From assembly GCF_902713615.1 (NCBI RefSeq), contig NW_024056015.1, forward strand, positions 130,252-188,000: DNA of 57,749 bases, read 5' to 3'. How positions within the stretch are numbered: position 1 is the stretch's first letter; every line of letters begins with the position of its first letter. Position numbers and translations under genes: made by a program. Origin of the DNA: Scyliorhinus canicula. Lineage: Eukaryota. A model generated the notes under the pieces. The model did not search any database. It saw nothing but the letters and a program-made list of their open reading frames with translations, and was not told where the DNA came from. Below are positions 1 through 12,279 of the stretch, piece by piece.

Positions 1-230
1 TAGTCGATAGATACTAAATAGCCGCATAATCAATGTCCGCTCTAGAAATGACGACTTGGGAATTTGAAGAAACCATCCTGAGGCCACGTCCTGAACACTT
101 TACTGTTGAGTGTCCAGATGTTTTCACCTCTCTCCCTTCTGTATTCAATAGTGCTATATGACCCACAGGTGAAGAGATAGTAGACAATAAATTGAAGCAC
201 CTCGATCTGAAACACAATCACTATTCTGGA
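1..230 (-). pseudogene. Highly degraded TCR alpha/delta-type V remnant
   Basis: Minus strand reads C-V-S-D-R/V-L-Q near the start, like CLSDRVLQ of the V at 3558-3842. It reads VISRADIDYAAI*Y at the end, an FR3-like D-x-A-x-Y-Y motif. It has frameshifts, a probable internal deletion and a stop, and runs off the window edge. Confidence 0.45.
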
Positions 231-1019
231 AATGGGTTTTTCAGGTTTTAACTCAAAATATCTAGTCATCACTTTTAAATCATACAGAACACACCGAGGC
301 CATTCTATCCATTACACGCGAGTCGTTCTCTCTTGAAGGATTTTTTTCACTTATTCTTAATCTGCAGCCTGCATTCAATATATCTCATATTTTTTTTAAT
401 TCAAATTTTTCTGTTGAAATATTTACACACTTGTCTCTGAAAATTAATTCTCGATCAAGTCTCCATTATAGTTTAACATGGATCATGTGCTAGTGGACGT
501 GGAAGGGCTGCGGTTGTAGGGTGGACGATTTAGTAGCTCGCTGAGAGAAGTGGTTCAATCCTCTCTGCCTGGACTGAAGCTATTGTCGGATGGCGATTAA
601 TGATATGTAAGCAGATAATAGGAATGTAGACTAAAGGAGAAAGAAACAGCATGAAATACACAGAGGAGCAACAGAGAGACAGATAAATGGCGAACGAAGA
701 TATACAGATACTTTTCTTTCACTTGCTACATTTGCATTTTGATCTTGCCAAAGCAAATGCTGTCGCAGTGAATAGTTGTCAACTCTGCACGTCCACAATT
801 CTCATGAGGACTTTGCCGTGATGGAATTGGTGAGCGAGAACATGTGAGAGTCAATGCATGGAACAGCGTTGCAAGAATAAATTGACCCCAGTTACTACGT
901 TGATTTTGGACTCAGAATATGGAAAGAAGCATGTGTCCCAATATACACAGATCTTCCGGAAGCAATGAGACTGACAACGAACAGCCACTGTACTGGTAAC
1001 TTCAGAGAGCAAGAGAAGA

Positions 1020-1735
1020 ATGAGAGACACTCGTCAGTGTATAGATATATCTCAGAGAGAGGAAGAACAGTGTTCAGTGTACAAATACCTCCCTGAGATA
1101 GAGGACTGAGAGACACAGTCAGTGTACCGATGTCTCTTTGAGCGAGTGGGCTAAGAGATGCCAGTCAGTAAACGGACATCTCCCTGAGAGAGTGCACTGA
1201 GAGACAGCAGGCATTGTACAGATAGCTCCTTAAGAGAGACAACAGTCAGTGTATCGATATGTCCTTGAGAGACACCAGGAAGTTCATAGATGGGCAGCAC
1301 GGCATCACAGTGGTTAGCACTGTTGATTCACAGTGTCAGGGTCCCACGCTCGATTCACAACTTGGTCACTGTCTGTGCGGAGTCTGCACGCCCCCCCCCC
1401 CATGTCTGCGTGGATTTCTTCTGGGTGCTCCACTTTCCTCCCACAAGTCCCGAAAGACGTGCTGTTAGGTGAATTGGACATTCTGAATTCTCCCTCAGTG
1501 TCCCTGAACAGGAGCCGGAGTGTGGCGATTAGAGGCTTTTCACAGAAACTTCATTGCAGTGTTAAGGTAAGCCTCCTTGTGGCAATAATGAAGATCATTA
1601 TTATATCTCCTTGAGAGAGATAGGACTGAGAGACACCAGACATTGTACAGATGTATCCTTGAGAGAGAGGATGGATAGACACCAGTCAATGTCCAGACAT
1701 CTCCTTGATGAGAGACGGCGGAGAGACACCAGTTA
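1020..1735 (+). repeat. Degenerate ~45-55 bp minisatellite (gagagacac-cagtcagtgtacagat-atctcc-ctgagagagaggact), interrupted by a SINE
   Basis: Repeated units are visible at 1020-1290 and resume at 1605-1735. Confidence 0.7.
1292..1604 (+). mobile_element. tRNA-derived SINE (HE1-related head, ATT-type tail)
   Basis: gggcagcacgg...cagtggttagcac A-box head, B-box-like ctcgattc, shared core ggtcactgtctgtgcggagtctgcacg, tail gaagatcattattat. Confidence 0.8.
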
Positions 1736-1744
1736 ATAATTAAA

Positions 1745-3165
1745 GTGCTTGGGAGTGTGTCGTGCTTTGAGATGGATAGAAAACTGGTGAGCAAACAAGA
1801 AGCCAAAAGTTGAATAAATGGGTCTGATTGGCAGGGAGTGACTAGTGTGGTACCGCATGGATCTGTGCTAGGACCCCAACTCATCACATTATTTATTAAT
1901 GATTTGGACGAGGGAACTAAATGCATTATCTCCACATTTGCAGATGACACAAAGTTGGATGGGACAGTGAGCTGTGAGCAGGACGCAGAGATGCTCAGCA
2001 GGATTTGGACAGGCTGAGTGAGTGGGGCATATGTATGACAGATTAACTATAATGTGGATAATGTAAGGTATCGTTTCGGTAGCAAAAATAGTAAATCAGA
2101 TATTATTGGCAACGGGTGTAAATTGATGAGAGTAGGATACTCAGGGAGACATGGTGCCTCGGGCATCAGTCACTGATAAGTCAGCGCGCATATACAGCAG
2201 GCAGGTAGTTCATAAGCACCAATTTCACCAATCCAGATCACAGATCTGATTCAGTGAGTGGAGGTAAGAGTGTTCTGGCCGGTTCTTGTATGGACTGTCT
2301 ACGCCTTTGAACAGTGCGGGGGTCATCACACAGAGCTATACGGCAGCGTCAGAGACAGGGGTCCCCGGCGATTGTTAAAGGAACAGTTTCCTTGCCTTGG
2401 TGAAAATCAGCAGAAAATCGTCCTGAGAACTTTGGAAACTGATCCCACTGCCACCTTGCCGTACATCCTCAGTAAATATCTCGGAGATTCACCGTGGTAC
2501 TGGATGTACCAGAAGAGCGTCTTGCCACTGTATTTTACTGTGTAACCGCAGTTCAATGTTGCCGTCTGTCCTTCCAGAACCTTAATAACGACAGGATTTG
2601 ACCACAGGAATAGAGATGTTTTGTTGGAACTGTATAGAGCATTGCTGAGACCACACCTGGAGTAATGTGTGCTGTTCTGGTCCCCTTATCTGACGAAGGA
2701 TGTTTTTGCTATCCAGGGAGAGCAGGGTAGGTTTAATAGGATGACTTATGGGATGGCGGGAATGTCTTATAAGGAGAAACTACGGCGAATAGGATTATAT
2801 TCATTGGAGTTCAGAAGAGTGAGACGGGATCTCATGGTAACTTCAGAAATTCGAACAGGACTACACAGGGTAGCTCCAGGGTCCAGAACTCGGGGACATA
2901 GTTCGAGGATAAGGGACAAACATTTTAGGACAGAGGTGAGGATACATTTCTTCACCAGAGAGTGGTGAATCTGTGGAATTCATTCCCACAGAAATTATTG
3001 AGGTCAGGACGTTGTGTAATTTCTTGAAAGAGTTGGATGTCGCTCTTCGGGTTAAAGGGATCAAGGGATTGGGGGGGGGGGGGATCAGGATATTGAGCTT
3101 GATGATCAGCCTTGATCATAATGAATGGCGAAAGAGGCTCGAAGGGCTGACTGGCCTCCTCCTGA
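1745..3165 (+). mobile_element. CR1-type LINE 3' fragment (RT region to 3' tail), split by a foreign insert at 2205-2579
   Basis: Translates ...GSDWQGVTSVVPHGSVLGPQLITLFINDLDEGTKCIISTFADDTKL... (CR1 RT, FADD motif). It resumes at 2580 with ...LYRALLRPHLE*CVLFWSPYLTKDV... and ends in a gaggctcgaagggctgactggcctcctcctg-type tail. Confidence 0.85.
2281..2580 (-). pseudogene. 5'-truncated TCR alpha/delta V pseudogene fragment with RSS
   Basis: Minus strand: VLEGQTATLNCGYTVKYSGKTLFWYIQYHGESPRYLLRMY, then frameshift, FSGRFSADFHQGKETVPLTIAG, then frameshift, VSDAAV*LCVM. Followed by heptamer CACTGTT (2316-2310), a 20-nt spacer and nonamer ACAAGAACC (2289-2281). Confidence 0.85.
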
Positions 3166-3518
3166 TTCTCCTTTTTATGCATGTTTCTATGAAATACTCT
3201 TTGAATCAGCACACAACTGCATAACATAAACGCTCAATGGTGGGACAGTCTCGGTTACTTGGACAATGATCACTGTTCAGCTTTTTGCGCAGCAGTCGCT
3301 GCACTCCCTAGTTCCTCACTCTGATACTGTGTTATGACCGTCAGTATCTCTGATCAAAGCGCCTATCTAATGGCAGTTACAGGGAGAACCACTGCAGTAA
3401 CATTCTCCGCAGTCACCCTTCCCGCAGGTTCTGTTGGCTGTTCTCTATTGGTCCTCCCGGCCTGTCGTGTGTTATTGAGAGATTGCTCCAGCTGCTCCGG
3501 AAACGTAACTCGGAGAGA

Positions 3519-3957
3519 GGTTTTTGTACAGTGAATGCCGGGTTGTGTATCAGTGTGCGGCTCAGTCAGCCAGTAATAAACAGCGGCATCAGCGTTTCTC
3601 TGTGTTTTCAAGACGCAATCGCCGAGGTTTGTCGGCAGTGTCAGTATTCAGTTTAAATCGACCGTTACGGGTTCGCCGGCGATGCTGCCCTTATAATCCA
3701 TTCCAGTCATGGCCGGGTTCTGTTTTACCAATGCATGGCGTAAAAACTTGACACCTCATAGCTGCAGTTCTAGCCGCACGGATCCCCTCTCTGGACACTT
3801 TTCTGGCGGGGGATTGAAGCACCCGGTCCGAGAGACATCGGCCTGCGAAAAATTAAGTAAAATAACAACCGCTTTGTGTTATTTGGTGCAACTTCAGGAC
3901 CTACACGTTAGCATCGCCAGAATAAGGGGCAAATATTAACTGCACAATGCAGTACAT
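3519..3957 (-). pseudogene. TCR alpha/delta-type V pseudogene with leader and 23-RSS (paralog of the V at 10967)
   Basis: Leader 3957-3905 (MYCIVQL..., 1-nt frameshift), donor GTAGGT, acceptor at 3843. V exon 3842-3558 reads RCLSDRVLQSP..CSYEVSSFYAMHW*..GRFKLNTDTADK..DAAVYYW across frameshifts. RSS is CACACTG, 23 nt, ACAAAAACC (3557-3519). Confidence 0.9.
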
Positions 3958-4272
3958 CACTGCAATTAAAGTATCAAATCTCAGGAAGAAACGGGACACA
4001 GGTCAGATCACAAAAAAGAATAAAGTGGGAAAATATTGAAATGTCGGCTGATTATGTCAGTGGCGTCCACTGATAGACTCAGTCACGTGGTTTTTGCTGC
4101 GCTATATTCAGATGACAACATCCACTTAACAGATTTAAATGTAAGGTATAACGACAAGCAAGGTGGTACGCTGGTGGAAGATCTTCGACCCCCTCTGACT
4201 ATACATTGTTGAGGTGTTGTCATGTACATAAACGATTTTGACAGCTTTGTACAGGTTCAGCAGGTCTCTGTG

Positions 4273-5002
4273 AGTCTCAGTGCTCAGTAATTCAGCGCGG
4301 AGTCAGTCAGTTGTGCCTTAGTGACTTTCAGCGGGACGGTCCGACCAGATTCATGGAGCTTCGCTGAAAAGCGGTTCTCTGGAATGCCCTCCATTTTCTC
4401 GCTGTATCTGTTCCTCTGCAACAAGTACTCCAAGGAGCAGCTGGGATACTGACGGTACCAGAACAGGTAAGGAACGTCGCTGCTTGGAGATGTGAAATTA
4501 CAGACAATTTCATGTCACCTCTTTCATTGATGATGGTGTCAGCTGGTGTCTCTGTGAAACCGAATCTCCTCGGCAATACTCTGTAAGTGGACCAGAGTGG
4601 CATTAAATTAAACATGTCGCTCCATACCTCACTCCCAACACGTACCTGGGAATTAAATCAGAAGTGTTAAGCAGAAAGACATTCCCCACGGAACGTGACT
4701 CAAGGAGGAGGGATTTGATCTAACAACAAAAAGCCCTTTGAACAACTTCCGTAGGATACATCGGGTCAGCTGCGGGCAGTGCGGGAAATGTCTACTTTCC
4801 AGATGGTTTTCAGCGTTAAGTTCAGTCGGTCCAAATCTTTGTTTCTGCACTTAGAATCAAGGTGTGGATATTTCTGTGGTTCTCTGTACTGACCTCTTAA
4901 AATAAAGTATGAGATAGATGTGAAACGCAGAGTACATAGCATTCGAACTTACCAGTTAAGACAGCAGCAGCTGCAATGATAAGGAAAAGTAACAGTGAAC
5001 AT
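4273..5002 (-). pseudogene. TCR alpha/delta V pseudogene with leader
   Basis: Leader 5002-4953 (..LLFLIIAAAAVLT, 1-nt insertion), donor GTAAGT. V exon 4580-4273: YCRGDSVSQ../CNFTSPSSDVPYLFWYRQYPSCSLEYLLQRNRYSEKMEGIPENRFSAKLHESGRTVPLKVTKAQLTDSALNY*AL, with the second Cys mutated to a stop. Heptamer CACAGAG at 4272-4266; nonamer degenerate. Confidence 0.88.
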
Positions 5003-5202
5003 GTTCACACAGAGATGATGGAGGGTTTGAAGAGGCTTCTTCCACCTGAAAGTTTGCACTCAAGAACCGGATGGAGGTTGACTTCATATCCAGCCTCTTT
5101 GCGGATTGGCTAGTTCTTGACAGACATTAGGGGATAACCAACCCATCCATTATTCTTCCAAATATATCCAATCAACTCGCAGTTTCTGTGCTCTCCGATT
5201 CA

Positions 5203-5210
5203 TGACGTCA
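5203..5210. promoter_or_regulatory. CRE palindrome TGACGTCA upstream of the V pseudogene at 4273-5002
   Basis: Exact palindrome about 200 bp 5' of the leader ATG. CRE-like motifs are known in TCR V promoters. Confidence 0.4.
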
Positions 5211-5718
5211 GATTTGAGAGGGGCAAGCAGTGAAATTGAATCTGAAATTCGCACCGAGTGTAAATTGTTTTATTCGAAATTGGTTATTCTTGGATCCGCC
5301 CTGTTGAGTAGAAGGCGATGAACTTCCACAGGAGGGCCTGCTTCTTAAATAATTCTAAAAGTGTTCTCTCACATCTCGGAACTGATTGTGCAGAAAGCCC
5401 ACGGTTCGCCAATGCAGATATCCATGTCTGTGAAATATTAATGTGACATTATTTATTAACAGTAATATCTCTGCTGTATCCTCTGCTGTTGTATATTTGT
5501 CACGGAATGGATGCTGTGAATATCAATCTTCACACCGACAGTGTTACTCTGACCAGACGACACGCAAATAGTTTCAGTTCACCAACGCAATTTATTCAAG
5601 CTATAGAAGGGAGCTAAACACCCACAAGGTGATGTATCAGCTCCCCGATCATAGAGAATACAGAACAATTATAGTTTTCATATATTCAGTTAATTAACAT
5701 ACACCAACAGAAATAATA

Positions 5719-5963
5719 CCGTGGCACAGTGGGTAGCACTGCAGCCTCACAGCGCCAGGGACCCGGGTTCAATTCCGGCCCTTGGGAATTGTAACCTGTG
5801 TGGAGTTTTCATATTCTGTGTGGGCTTCCTTCGGTGTTCCGGTTTTCTCCCATAGATGAGCAAGGTTAGTGTGGTTACAGCGCGGGCGATTGGTTCGATT
5901 CTAAGTATCCCTGCAGACTCGATAGGCCGAATGGCCTCTTTCTGCATTGTTGGGATTCTATGA
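5719..5963 (+). mobile_element. tRNA-derived SINE (HE1-like, diverged)
   Basis: gtggcacagtgggtagcactgc..gggttcaattcc A/B boxes; tail ctgcattgttgggattctatga. Confidence 0.8.
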
Positions 5964-6439
5964 CACAAACGGCAGATGACATCCTTCCTTTGTTTCACGA
6001 TTCTAGCCAGTCAGAGCAAGCTCTTTCATTTCTGATTAATAATAATAAGTTAGAGGGCGAGGGTAGAGGGTGAAATGTTTCTCTCACAGCGAGAAACGAG
6101 GACTGCAGCGAAGGCACTGAACCATGATTGCTCAGTGAAGGGTTATACGCAGCACAGGTATGTGGTGTACAGTCCGATTAGCACAACGGAATGATTTAAA
6201 CTGTGTTCCACGATTTAAAAAGTAAAACTGACCACGGATTACTGCCCTTATTCAGACACTAAGGGTACTGCTCACGACGGGGATTGGCTGATTTTAGAAA
6301 CAGATACGAACTGTCAACCAATCAGTATCACTGGTGTGAAACAAACTCACTCAACCCTCACCTGTTCCGCCCCGCAAGTCCGCCCTGACTACCATCCGCG
6401 CTTCTCTACCCTCATCTCTCTTTGTGCATCGTCAGGTGC

Positions 6440-7830
6440 AGATACTAACATGCGCACACTCAGACACACACACATACACAAAGAAATACAGGCACAATCA
6501 CACGCACACACCCGAAGCACAGATACACGTATAGACAGGCACGCACACATTTTCTCACACACTGAGACACCCATACCTGGACACAAAAACAGACACACAT
6601 ACATGCACACAAACACAGACAAACAAGCACGGACACACGGTCGCCTCTAGATAACAAACATGCATAAATAAACATGCAACAAGATAGAAACGCGGGCAAA
6701 CAGACGCACAGATAAACACGCAAAACAAAACAAAAGCACACACAAACAATAATACAAATAAAACAACACACAGGAAAACACAATCACAAGGACACATACA
6801 CTCACGCACAGACACGCAAAACGAGACATACGGACACAGAGACAACACGGACACATAGAACCACACACAAAATACAGAAAAACAGGCACAGGCACACCTC
6901 AAGGGCACAGACAGACACACAGCTAAATAGATAAATACACAGATGGACACACACACACATACACATTGGCACACTCACTCTCACACACAAACGCAAACAC
7001 ACATACACCTCCAGACATTATAGTATCATAAAATTTACAGTACGGCAGAGGGCATTTGACCATCGAGTCCACACGACGGCCCTTTCGGAAAAGAGCACCC
7101 TACCTGAGCCAAACCCAACCCAAACTTTTTGGACAGTACGAGGAATTTAGCATGGCAATCCACCTAACCTGCACATCTTAGGACTTGTGGGAGAAAACGG
7201 AGCACCCGGAGGAAATCACGCAAGCACGGGGAGAACACGACAGGACACCACACAGACAGCAACCCCAAGCCGGGAATCGAACCTCGGACCGTGGAACTGT
7301 GAAATAATCTGTGCTAACCAGTTGGCTACCATACCCCCCGTTACAGACAGACAAACGCACACACACACACTAAGGCACACGAGATGATAGACCATGCCAA
7401 CACACACAAACATAAACAAATCAACACCAGGCAAAGCTACAGACACAGCTAGACACACACATACACCCCACACACATTGGCACACAAACATTCACACACA
7501 CAGACACAAAATCAGGCAGGCAGAAACACAACGGCAGACTGACACGCACAGGCACCAACGAACCAGCATGACATTAACAGACAAAAACACACAGACATAC
7601 TCATAAACACTGGACACACAGGCATGCACGCGCGCACACACAAACCAAGACACACACCAACAAACACTCACAGACGCACGCACAGACCCACACATGCACA
7701 CACAGACACGTCAGGCAGTCAAAAAACACGATACACGCAATACACACGCACAGATATACACAGACATACACACAGAAGCACAGACCAAACACATCGAATG
7801 CACAAATCACAAATACACGGACAAACATTT
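6440..7830 (+). repeat. CA-rich low-complexity tract split by a minus-strand HE1-like SINE (~7024-7329)
   Basis: Degenerate (CA)n/(CAGA)n sequence. The many Cys/Val or His/Thr ORFs here are artefacts. Confidence 0.85.
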
Positions 7831-7836
7831 GTTTGT

Positions 7837-8975
7837 GGGCAGCACCGTAGTCACAAGTGATTAGCACTGTGCGTCACAGCGCCAGGGTTCCAGGTTCGAA
7901 TTCCCTGCTGGTCACTGTCTGTGCGGAGTCTGCATGTCTCACCGGGTCGCTGGTGGGGATCCTACAGTTGCTGCGGTTTCCTCCCACAGTCCAAAACGTG
8001 CAGTTTCTAATAATAACAATAACTCATTATTATCTGTCACAAATATGCTTTAATTAAGTACTGTGAAAGCCCCTAGTCGCACATTCCGTCGTCTGTTCGG
8101 GAAGGCTAGAACAGAATTGAACCAGCGGTTCCTGGTCTTATTCTGCTTACAAGCCAGCTGTCTTAAACCCCACTGTGCTAAACCAGCCCCGGTTAGGTGG
8201 ACTGCCTAATAAGATGCCCTTAGTGACCAAAAGGTTGGGAGGGTTATTGGGTTACGGGGGTAGGTGCAGGTGAGAGCTTAGGTGGGTCGGTGCAGACTCG
8301 GTGGGCCGAATAGCATCCTTCAGCACTGTAAGTCCTATGTTCTAACACGGACACACACACATACAAACATACTCAAACGCACACAAACACACACAACTCA
8401 CACACAGCACGCTGGCACAGTGGTTTTCACTGCTGCCTCACAGCGCCAGAGACCCGGCTTCAATTCCAGTCTTGGGTGGAGTGCCGCTGCGGAGTTTGCG
8501 CGGGTTTCCTCCACAGGCCCGTTTCCTCCTACAGTCTAACGGTGTGTTGGGTTGCTTACATGGCCAAGCGAAATTTTCCACGAGCGTCCAAACGATTATG
8601 GGGTTACAGGGATAGGGCGGAGGATTAGCCTCGGCCAGAGTTCTCCTTCGAAGGGTAGGTGCGATGATTACGATGGGGCAAATGGCCCTCCTTTTACACT
8701 GTGGGGATTTTTGTGATACACACGAATACACTTGGAATGGATAAGTATGCAACACACGCAAACGAAACACATCCACACACACCCACGCTGATGGAAACTG
8801 AAATGAAAATCGCCTTATTGTCACAAGTAGGCTTCAAATTAAGTTACTGTGAAAAGCCCATAGTCGCCACACTTCCGGCGCCAGTTCGGGGAGGCTGTCA
8901 TCGGAATTGAACCTGCTGCTGGTCTGCCCTGGTCTGCTTTCAAAGCCAGCGATTAGCCCTGTGCTAAACAGCCTC
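7837..8975. mobile_element. Cluster of nested tRNA-derived SINEs
   Basis: A plus-strand HE1-like copy (7837-8340) is interrupted by a minus-strand short SINE (~8012-8192). A second plus copy lies at ~8408-8720 and another minus short SINE at ~8790-8975. Confidence 0.75.
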
Positions 8976-10584
8976 TGTCGCATTTCTTTGCTCCACTCAG
9001 CATCCGTTGCAGGTGCCTATTTCTTGGTGCTTCTCCTTCAGTTTTGTTCATAGTCTCTCGTTGTTCCGGTCTCCCACTTCCCCTTCTCCCTCTCGCTTTC
9101 CCGCATTCCCTCTTTCACTTTTTTTCTTCATCTGCATGCGCTCTCTCTCTCTGTCTGCGTGCCTCTTGCTGCTTCATTCCATTTTCACGATATGATTTTC
9201 TCAGCCTTTCTCACTCACAATGCTTCTTTTGTCCTTTCGTTAAGTTGAAAATTGCAGCTGCCTGGAGTTGAAGTGACCCGTTAATTATTTTAATGTGGGA
9301 AATATAATATGAATGTAGGAATGATACATTAACTGATAATATATTTGAAAGTTATGAACGGGCACTTTGGCTGAATATTATTTCACAAATGATGAAGTAG
9401 CGCCCTCCTGTGTCCAGAGCAGGATAGCACTCGGGGAAGATCTCGACAAACCTACATTGGTACCTGCAGAGACACACATACAAACATTTGGAGATGCACA
9501 CACGGATATGCATACTCGACCACGTACTCGCAAACACAGACACACAAACGCAGACACACAGGCAGATAACTGCCCAGGCATAAGTTCCGATACAAACTGA
9601 TGAATACATATATCACAGGGATGCGCAAACACGCAAGCACACACATACACAAGCACAAATACACACACAACGTACACACACAGCACAGGCACAGCACACA
9701 CACTCCAACACAAATACAGATGGATACACCGTTGTTTATATCCAGCGGTGTCTGGCGAGTTACATTTAATGTTATCTTACACAGGCTCTAGCGAATAAAG
9801 TCTGTGTAGAGATTCTTCTATATTCGGATTCACTCGATTTTTCTACACTTGTGAAAATGTTTTCCAACCTGTCGGAACATTCCTGAGCAGTATGTGGGAA
9901 GCTGATTCGCTGGTTGTCCTTTCTCCCTGCTCAAAGTGGACACTATTCACCGTCGTCACTTTCAACGTTCAGTTCGTCTATCCCTACTTGTGATTCTGAT
10001 TTCCAATGAAATGTTTGAACTTCATGCGAATCAGTGTTCATGTGGGCCGTTGGAGTTAAGGCGAATATCGGCGATCTTATCGGCCCACGGTGTTTCTTAT
10101 GTTCTTGTGTTCACCTGCATTTTTGTAATAAGCACATGCCCACATACCATTCAAATAAATTCTTAGATCTCACGTTGCATCGAAAAAGCCTATGGTCAGT
10201 TTGCTCAAGGGGACGAAAATCATCTGAAGGGTGTCATTCGATGACCATGAGTCTGTCGCGCCGACTAGCCAATGTTATTGTGGCACAAAAGCCAGAGTTT
10301 CTTAGGATCAGTGCTTAGCTCTAACTATTATGACTGCCTTGAGGATAGAAAAGAGGAGTAATAGACATGCAATGGCCTCTGAAGGACGAGAACCTACTTG
10401 CTTGTTCCTTCAAGGCTTCACTGGCTGCAACATTGATAGCCCATCCCTTTAGAAACCGGCGGTGAGCTGCATATTTGAACCGCTGTCCTCCAGATTATAC
10501 AAATAGAAATTAAATGGGGAGTTTGGAGAACAATGGGACTGCGAGAGAATCAAGAGGAATCAATGAGTTCTGTGAAAATAAACT

Positions 10585-10592
10585 ATGCAAAT
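10585..10592 (+). promoter_or_regulatory. Octamer ATGCAAAT upstream of the intact TCR-type V
   Basis: Exact match about 375 bp 5' of ATG 10967. It could occur by chance in AT-rich DNA. Confidence 0.3.
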
Positions 10593-10966
10593 ATTTCCAA
10601 CATGTTATTGATCATGCGCTTATCATAAATTTAAAAATTAAGCAAAACCTGAATTTGTAATCAACAGCTTTATGGCTGAACAGTTAAACTTTAACTACTT
10701 TTTTTTCAATTAAAGTTACTGCATCAAGCTGCAGTCTGGTGCATGGATAATTGATCTGTTCACGTGTCAGTGGACGGAGAAGCTGAGCAACAATCCACCT
10801 GCTCATATCGGAAGAACAAAGCCTGATTCTAGCCAATCAAATCGCAGGATAGAGTGGCCGAACCTTTATCCGGCGCTTACATTAGCCGGATGTTGAAGAC
10901 GTTGATCCACTTCGTGTCTTCTGATCTGAGCTTTGCTCCGTTTTCTTATTGCCATTTTATTGAAGG

Positions 10967-11399
10967 ATGTGTTACACGGTGCAATTGAAGCTGCCTTTCA
11001 TTCTGGTGTTACTAGCTTGTAGGTGCTGGAAATGTACTTTCAAACCTGTGGAGAAATGTTATTTTTTATCGGTGTTACTCCAGTGTCTCATTGTATGAAT
11101 GTGTTCACAGGGCGATGTCGCTCGGAACAAGTTTTACAAAGTCCCATTGCAAGAACAGTTCAGAACGGGGATTTGGGGCAGCTAAACTGCAGCTACGACA
11201 TGTCCAACATATACGGAATGTATTGGTACAGACAAAAGTCCGGTAAGGGGCTGGAGTGGATAATAAGGCGAATATCGGCTGGAAAAGAGACAGGGGGTCG
11301 ATTCGAATTGGAACTTTCTACTGCGGATAAACGGGGCCAATTGGTTATTGAAAACACAGAGACTGCGGATACCGCTGTGTATTACTGTGCGATAGAGCC
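10967..11399 (+). CDS. Intact TCR alpha/delta-type V gene segment (leader exon 10967-11018, intron, V exon 11111-11399)
   Basis: Leader MCYTVQLKLPFILVLLA with a phase-1 GTAGGT donor and a CAG acceptor at 11110. Spliced V: W-RCRS-EQVLQSPIARTVQNGDLGQLNCSYDMSNIYGMYWYRQKSGKGLEWIIRRISAGKETGGRFELELSTADKRGQLVIENTETADTAVYYCAIE. Both Cys and the Trp are present with no stops. The 55-residue W-to-C span is TCR-alpha-like. Confidence 0.9.
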
Positions 11400-11437
11400 C
11401 ACATTGAGAGGAAATGTGCAGTCACTGTACAAAAACC
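11400..11437 (+). other. Recombination signal sequence (22-nt spacer) of the intact V
   Basis: CACATTG, agaggaaatgtgcagtcactgt, ACAAAAACC (consensus nonamer). Confidence 0.9.
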
Positions 11438-11694
11438 TCCACCCTCTTTACAATTGCCGCAGCAATCTAACAAGTAGCAAACCGCATGCCAAACGTGTGA
11501 GACGAGAGCAGGAAACGAGAGATGGGAGCGAGGCTCCCAGGCCATTACAATTTCCTTCTGCTTGCTGTTTTCTGTAAAGATACTGATAGTCAGAATATAC
11601 ATTATCCGATTGAACAAACAGTCACACAATGCATGCGGACTATCTGGTGAGAAAAATAGTCTGCACTGCTTAATTTTAAGCACGATCTCGAATC

Positions 11695-11958
11695 AGACAT
11701 TTATAATAATCTTTATTAGTGTCAGAAGTAACACGGGAATGACGTTCCTGTGAAATCCTCTTGTCGCTTGCTCGGATTTACTGAGGGAAACATGACAAGC
11801 ACATCTAACAAGCACATCATTCGGGACTTGTGGGAGGAAACCGGAGCACCCAGAGGAAAACCACACAGACACGGGGAGAACGTGCAGACTCCACACAGAC
11901 AGTGACCCAGCAGAGAATCAGACCCCGGGTCACTGTCTGTGTGAAGCAAATGTGCGAA
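11695..11958 (-). mobile_element. tRNA-derived SINE
   Basis: Reverse complement of the family at 1292-1604 (gggtcactgtctgtgtggagtctgcacg core, ATT tail). Confidence 0.8.
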
Positions 11959-12279
11959 CCACTGTGGTACCGTGCCGACCTCGGATTGTCGTTTCTTTGC
12001 TGCTACTGCTCGGACGTGTGACTGAAGTTATGAACACAACTTCCACTGTCTTACATGAAACATGTTTCCCTCCTGAACTGTCTATACGTTGAGATGGATC
12101 TCTCCAGTGCTTAATTCAGGAGACAATACTGACTGTCACAGAAAAAAACAGCTTCAGGACAGATTCCCAAAGAGACTAAAATGATACTTTCACCTTGTGA
12201 ATCGCTACCATCAGGTTAATTACATTTCACCCCGCGTCAGTAACATTAACTTGATACTGAGAGTGAAGGAAATCAACTG

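Noticed and set aside
4089-4097. GGTTTTTGC nonamer-like motif
   Set aside because: There is no heptamer at a valid spacing and no adjacent coding segment.
4273-4580. NAR-TCR supporting Vdelta identity for this pseudogene
   Set aside because: It has its own leader exon, no extra CDR1 cysteine is evident, and no NAR-type V was found upstream in the window.
5497-5715. Possible second solo LTR (TGTCACG.. end, minus-strand AATAAA)
   Set aside because: I could not define the other terminus or a TSD.
6389-9791. Numerous Cys/Val-rich or His/Thr-rich ORFs
   Set aside because: They are translations of (CA)n/(TG)n degenerate microsatellites.
11111-11399. Calling this V a TAILV, IgHV or NAR-V because of GKGLEWI
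   Set aside because: The short CDR2/FR3 span and the FR1 pattern fit a TCR alpha/delta V better. A phylogeny is needed before any such label.
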